Shown here: positions 8,039 to 12,788 of the stretch, one piece after another
Layout: every line of letters begins with the position of its first letter
Numbering within the stretch: the first letter of the stretch is position 1
Origin: Octopus sinensis
Lineage: Eukaryota
Length of the DNA: 12,788 nt
Direction: 5' to 3'
Assembly: GCF_006345805.1 (NCBI RefSeq)
Contig: NW_021826512.1
Coordinates: 1-12,788 of the forward strand
The notes under the pieces: model-generated
Databases searched by the model: none
Seen by the model: only the letters and a program-made list of their open reading frames with translations
Told to the model about the DNA's origin: nothing
Program-made: the position numbers and the translations under genes

Positions 8039-8342
8039 GACCATGGCCGCATGGTGAAGAAGACTACTTCATCATCACAATAACGAAGCCCCTACCCAAT
8101 GAGTGGCACTTTGATCAAGTTTCTGATTCCACTGGTGTACTATGTTTGAAATTGGTTGGACAGAAACTGAATATCGTCCCGTCAGAGGGAACGAAGCTGA
8201 ATATACCAAATCTCCGGCCACTTTTCGCACTGTAACTGTGAAACACCAAGCTATTTACAATGGAATTCAACGAGCCGGTGATCCCTTTGATCGAACAATT
8301 GGAATATTGAGCTCCGAAACTGACGGAACACCCATTTATTAG
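8039..8342 (+). pseudogene. Unidentified coding-like fragment with one frameshift
   Basis: Frame 1 PWPHGEEDYFIITITKPLPNEWHFDQVSDSTG... (stop 8233-8235) overlaps frame 2 ...FEIGWTETEYRPVRGNEAEYTKSPATFRTVTVKHQAIYNGIQRAGDPFDRTIGILSSETDGTPIY*; higher GC than flanks and many G-initial codons. Confidence 0.35.
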
Positions 8343-8541
8343 TTACTTACAAATTATATTAATTCCACAAATATATTGTGTAAATCACAGAAAAGAGGTT
8401 TCTTTTGATAGCAGCGATGTCATAAATCTTAAAAGAACACCAACAGATGACGGTTTCGTTTATAAAAAAATAATATTTCGATTCAATACGTAATGGTTTA
8501 ATACTCAGTTTCTTAAAAGTATCATCAAATACTGAAAGATA

Positions 8542-8938
8542 TCTTTATATATAAAAGTCAAGTTGTGTGTCTGTCTCCTACGATTTAGATTCCTAACTAC
8601 TCCCACATTTTGCGGTGCAGTTTAACCAAAACCGGGTATCTTATAGTCGTGATTCATATCGAGCCCTTCTGGGTATTAGCGCGCGTCTACGATGAGTCTA
8701 CGATTTAAAAAAATTTACCATCATTTTTTTTCCATTTTAATGCAGCTTTTTCGCTATTATATAAGGGAAGTAACTCTCTAAAAATGTCTATGATGAGTCA
8801 ACGATTTAAAAAAAAATTACCATAATTTTTTTTCCATTTTTAATGCATTTTTTTGCTATTTTTTGGCTATAACTCTCTACAAATGCTTGTATAGTTATTT
8901 CCCTTACAAACCCGAGCAACGCCGGGCGATACTGCTAG
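8542..8938 (+). mobile_element. Non-autonomous Helitron (397 bp)
   Basis: 5' TC (A|TCTTTATATATAAAAG), 3' hairpin CCCGAGCAACGCCGGG (8911-8926), 8 nt, then CTAG|T; inserted between A8541 and T8939 with no TSD; internal ~101-bp tandem repeat (8685-8785, 8786-8885). Confidence 0.9.
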
Positions 8939-9099
8939 TAATAATATATAATAATGCCAAGCGGACATGTGGTATTTCGATGGAAGCGGTTTAGAATGTC
9001 TGAGTACAGCATCAGTATCGCTCCAGGTGTGGGAGCCATATATATACTCGCGCGCGCACAGACACACATATATATACACAATTACACAATATATACACA

Positions 9100-9222
9100 C
9101 ACAGTTTCTACCTACGAAATTCACTCGTTGTAGGACACTTGCCAAACATGCCGTGCTGTGGGACTGAACTCTAAACGACGTGGTTCGTAAGTCAGCTTCT
9201 TATTCACATATCCGTGTCTAAG
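9100..9222 (-). mobile_element. Degraded 5' part of a family B SINE
   Basis: - strand gagttcagtcccacagcacggca...ggcaagtgtc matches 2204-2240; followed by (TG)n. Confidence 0.7.
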
Positions 9223-9383
9223 GCACATATTCCAAATGTTTTTTTTTTTATTTATCGTTGAAATGGATTCCAGGAATTAAAAGCCGGATGTGTGGAAGGC
9301 TTCCAGTTTATTTCACTCTTCATGCAACATGCACTTGGCAGTTAATGAAATGCATCGAACATTTTATTTTATTCGTTTTCAAG

Positions 9384-9446
9384 TGACGTGTTAATGACAT
9401 CGCAGCCATCATAACTCACGTGACTCTTCAGCCATTGACTCATTGG
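9384..9446. promoter_or_regulatory. Dense cluster of bZIP/bHLH/NF-Y motifs
   Basis: TGACGTG 9384-9390, TCACGTGAC 9416-9424, TGACTCA 9436-9442, ATTGG 9442-9446; motif matches only. Confidence 0.3.
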
Positions 9447-9807
9447 TTGTCTCACGGGAAACTTAAGTAATTATAGCAATTTTCTGTCTTCGACTGGAGA
9501 GGCATTCTTGCTATGTTATTTGTTGCCTTATTTTCAGTAATAATAATTCAATATTCGTGTTTTGTTCCCCAAACCATTCCTGAAGTAGAGGAAAAGAGTG
9601 GAGGGGGGGGGGGAGACAAGGCGTGAGAGAGTGGGATAATGCGGAAGTTATATTCTCCAAGAAACGCTGCTGTTTCTGAAGTTTGAACTCCGGAGAACAG
9701 AAAGATATAATCGAAGGATTCGAAATACGACACCTAGCGAATGGAAACTGAATGTTAGTTTTTTTATTCATTCCTTCTGTTTTGAAATTTCTGTCTTGCA
9801 TATTTAC

Positions 9808-9853
9808 AAGGTTCGATCCCTTTTCAAATAAACAGAACGATGAAGCAATATGT
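9808..9853 (-). CDS. Candidate coding exon (46 nt, phase 1-2), or 3' part of a first exon starting at ATG 10001
   Basis: Strong acceptor tgtttctcattttccttctccag|; donor CTT|GTAAAT (moderate); ILLHRSVYLKRDRT joins 6380-6417 in frame; the frame is also open back to ATG at 10001. Confidence 0.22.
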
Positions 9854-10206
9854 CTGGAGAAGGAAAATGAGAAACAATGACATTTATATTCGCGTTGGTA
9901 TCGTTTGCGACTGAAGTGAGGTGGAATGGTCGCCACCGGTTATTGAAACCGTGACGCAATCTCGGCGTGTGACCTCGTTTTTGTACAACATTTGTCGCCA
10001 TAACGATAGCGGTTTCTTGAGACAATGAACGGGTATCGAAATAGTCACTCGATCAGCTACTAATAAGAGTCAAAGTATCCTCTAATAAGAAAAGAAATGT
10101 GTAATAAGCAATCCGATGTACACAATAGCGGGAAAAATACTGGGTGGCCAAGGCTGGATTTGATCTTAGGTCTACTTGATCCGGGATAACCTTGGCTTAA
10201 TTAACA

Positions 10207-10619
10207 ACAATATTTATTTCTAACTTAAGTCAGCGAGCTGGCACAATCATTAGAACACTGGGTGAAATGCTGAGTAGTATTTCGTCTATCTTTACGTTCT
10301 GAGTTCAAATTCCGCCGAGGTCGACTTTGCCTTTCATCCTTTCGGGGTTGATAAATTAAGTACCAGTTGCGTACTAGGGTCGTTCTAATCGACTGGCCCC
10401 ACCCACCCCAAAAAAAATTCGGGCCTTGTGCCTAGAGTAGAGAAGAATCGTTGGCACACCGGGCGAAATGAGTTGAAATTCCACCGAGGTCGACTTTGCT
10501 TTTCGGGGTCGAAAAAACATGTGGCAGTTGAGCCCTGGGGTTGGTGTAATCCACTTACTCTCTCCCCATAAAATTGCTGGCCTTGTGCCAAAATTTAACA
10601 CAATATTTATTTCCAACTT
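10207..10619 (+). mobile_element. Family A SINE dimer inside one 20-bp TSD pair
   Basis: ACAATATTTATTTC(T/C)AACTT at 10207-10226 and 10600-10619; copy 1 ~10229-10448; copy 2 resumes at cgttggcacaccgggcgaaatg (10449) with deletions. Confidence 0.88.
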
Positions 10620-11124
10620 TATTACAAGAGTAGCCAATTCATAAGAGAAGAAAAATCGATTTTTTCCGACGTCCATGCTGGAGTCATAATTTTTTGTCCA
10701 TTGCAGAATAAGAAAAAAGTACTTAACCACGATAGAATTTGAACTCAGTCCATAAAGGAATCTAAGAAAATAGCTCAGAAAATGGTTTTCTGGCATTCTG
10801 CTGCTTCTACAGTGACTTCACAGATCTACAATACACAAACAACTCTGAGGTATAAAATCCTTCAAACTTATTCAATCTAGAAAAAATAATAAAGATATTG
10901 GTGTCTGACCGATAACCATAAAAATCTATGGGGCGTAACACTTAACACGTTCGGTTCCATAAAGCGAACACATTGCTCTGGGAAACCACTCCTATTGTGG
11001 ATCAATCGAATGAGTAATATATTCCGTTGAAGAATTATTGTCAATCGATCTTGAAAAAAATATTGATTATTTTCTTTTATTTTTTTTATTTGACTGAGGT
11101 GAGCCTTCTTATCTGTCTTAGGGG

Positions 11125-11278
11125 TTATCTAGGACTTCATACTATACTGCATCCTTTCCTTTGGCTGCTATTTCTTGCAGCTCCTGCGATTGTGTAGGTT
11201 AAATTGAATGTAGAGTGTAAAGGGACCTAAAGAAATACCACAAGGCATTTGCTATGTCGTTCTACCGATTCTGCCATT
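11125..11278 (-). mobile_element. Degraded SINE with a family-A-like tRNA head and family C internal motif
   Basis: Head ggcagaatcggtagaac on the - strand; tttggctgctatttct motif. Confidence 0.5.
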
Positions 11279-11328
11279 TATCACCATCGTTCATAATAAA
11301 TGGTTTGAAATATAGAAAGCTATATTTT

Positions 11329-11680
11329 TAGGAGGAAGAGGAGGATGCGGAGGAGAAAGATGAAGAAGGTGGAGGAAGAGGAAGGAGAGTAGGAGGACTA
11401 AGAAGCGAAAGAGGAAAAGAAGAATAGGAGGACAAAAAGAAAAAAGAGGAGGAAGAAGAAGGGAAGGAGGGGGAGAAAGAAGAATAGGAGACAGGAGGAA
11501 GAAAACGAGGAGGAAGGGGAGGAAGAAGAGAATGAGGAAGAGGAGTAGGAGGAAGAGGTGGAGGAGAGAGGGGAGGAAGAAGAGGAGGTAGACGAGGAGG
11601 TAGAGGAGGAAGAGAAGAAGGAGGTGGAGAAAGAAGAGGAGTAGGAGCAGGAGGAAGATTGATGGGGAAAGGAGAGTCAA
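11329..11680. repeat. Long polypurine (GAG/GAA/GGA) tract
   Basis: ~350 bp nearly all A/G on the + strand; explains the L/F-rich - strand ORF. Confidence 0.95.
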
Positions 11681-11687
11681 TGACATC

Positions 11688-11935
11688 GTGCCAGTATTTG
11701 ATTAATCCTTATTTTATGGAGCCCAGGGCAAAATGGCTAACCAAGTCAACCTCAGTGGGACTCGAAAGCGGAACGAAAAGAGACGAAACTAAACACTTCT
11801 AAACTCATTCTTTCAGCTAGCCTTCCAATTCTGTCATAATAATTTCTATGATAGGATGGGGTTTAATCGATGAAATCGACCCCAGTATCTGACTGGTACT
11901 TTATTTTATCATTACCGGAAAGAGGAAAAGGCAAG
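11688..11935 (-). mobile_element. Two degraded family A SINE fragments (~11688-11822, ~11855-11935)
   Basis: aagtcaacctcagtgggactcgaa; aatcgaccccagtatctgactggtactttattttatc. Confidence 0.6.
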
Positions 11936-12009
11936 AAAACGATTTTCATATTATTTCATATTTCTGGAGATAATCTTCAAGAATGATATAAATAGCGCCT
12001 GCATTTATT

Positions 12010-12112
12010 GTTGTTATTGTTGCTGCTGTTACTGTTGCTGTTGTTGTTGTTGTTGAACCCTAAATAAGTGGAGATCTATGATCACAGGCATTCAAGCCAT
12101 CGTCGCATTTTT
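12010..12112 (-). mobile_element. Family C 3' fragment with expanded (AAC)n tail
   Basis: (TTG)n then gaaccc...gatctatgatcacaggcattcaagcc. Confidence 0.5.
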
Positions 12113-12526
12113 AAACACATCTACAACTAAGAATTCTTTTTCCATGATCTTTTAAAGAGTTGTAACAATTATTTTTAGCAAATCAATCGACCACATAAAG
12201 AGAGTTTCTTCGATTTGCTCGCCAAAGATACGATTTGAATATTACTAAGTCTAGTTCTCGTATAGGGATTAATATAAAACCAAGCTTTGGTGACATCGGG
12301 GCCATCTGTTGTGGATGTGATAATGCACATTACACATTGAATAATAACAGAGGGAAAAAGCAGTCTCTGCACCTGTGGGATTCTTTAAAGAAACAGCAAA
12401 TATTGGCCATGCCTCCTGGCATTCAACTATCAAAGTCTTCTTGTAACACAGGAATAAATAATCCAGCAAATGGCGTCAAGAGTTGATTTCTTGTTTGTTC
12501 TCAGTAATGTCAATGGCTTTTAAGTA

Positions 12527-12607
12527 GTCACGTGATGATCGTCTGAACAAGATGGAGGAGAGTTAAATTTACTTGACAGTTTTGTTCTTTGGTAAACAGT
12601 GGTGAGT
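12527..12607 (+). promoter_or_regulatory. Possible promoter/first non-coding exon of a + strand gene
   Basis: TCACGTGA 12528-12535, YY1-like AAGATGG 12549-12555, strong donor GTG|GTGAGT at 12601/12602, CpG-rich (GGC)4 downstream. Confidence 0.3.
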
Positions 12608-12788
12608 GACGGCGGCGGCGGCTGTCTGTTATCGAAAAGCAGTCTGTTTGGTTTGATTAAAGGACAAGGACGACAATCATAAGAAGTGAAAATAAAGATG
12701 ACAGATGCTTCTGTTATTCCTTTTTGTCGCCACGCACGCGCGTGTATGTGCGTGTGCGAGTGTGTGTGCAAGTGTGAACATAGATAGA

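Noticed and set aside
8351-8427. - strand segment with AG acceptor and GTAAGT donor
   Set aside because: Stops in all three frames; only possible as a non-coding exon, with no support.
10147-10196. GCCAAGG...CCTTGGC short inverted repeat (possible MITE)
   Set aside because: Only 7-bp arms, imperfect interior and no TSD.
11291-11686. 131-aa hydrophobic ORF resembling a membrane protein
   Set aside because: Reverse-strand reading of the polypurine tract.
12179-12238. QINRPHKESFFDLLAKDTI resembling a GoLoco motif start
   Set aside because: Stops before the essential Q...DQR part.

Overview
AT-rich, repeat-dense animal (eukaryotic) DNA. The short-repeat families match, from memory and without a database check, tRNA-derived SINEs of octopus/coleoid cephalopods. 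Most of the window is SINE copies, microsatellites, two short LINE 3' ends, one non-autonomous Helitron and a probable Penelope-type terminal remnant. Most listed long ORFs are microsatellite or repeat artefacts. A chain of 4-5 small, phase-compatible minus-strand exon candidates (9808-9853, 6380-6417, 3186-3269, 1962-2051, 898-1044) may belong to an unidentified protein-coding gene. Most notable: three SINE copies stacked at one site and separated by four identical 16-bp repeats (7253-7904); repeated insertion at or just upstream of SINE heads; two different LINE 3' ends fused head-to-head (4228-4752); a 43-bp-arm foldback palindrome (6611-6711); an unexplained frameshifted coding-like fragment (8039-8342); and speculative ~30-nt micro-intron candidates.
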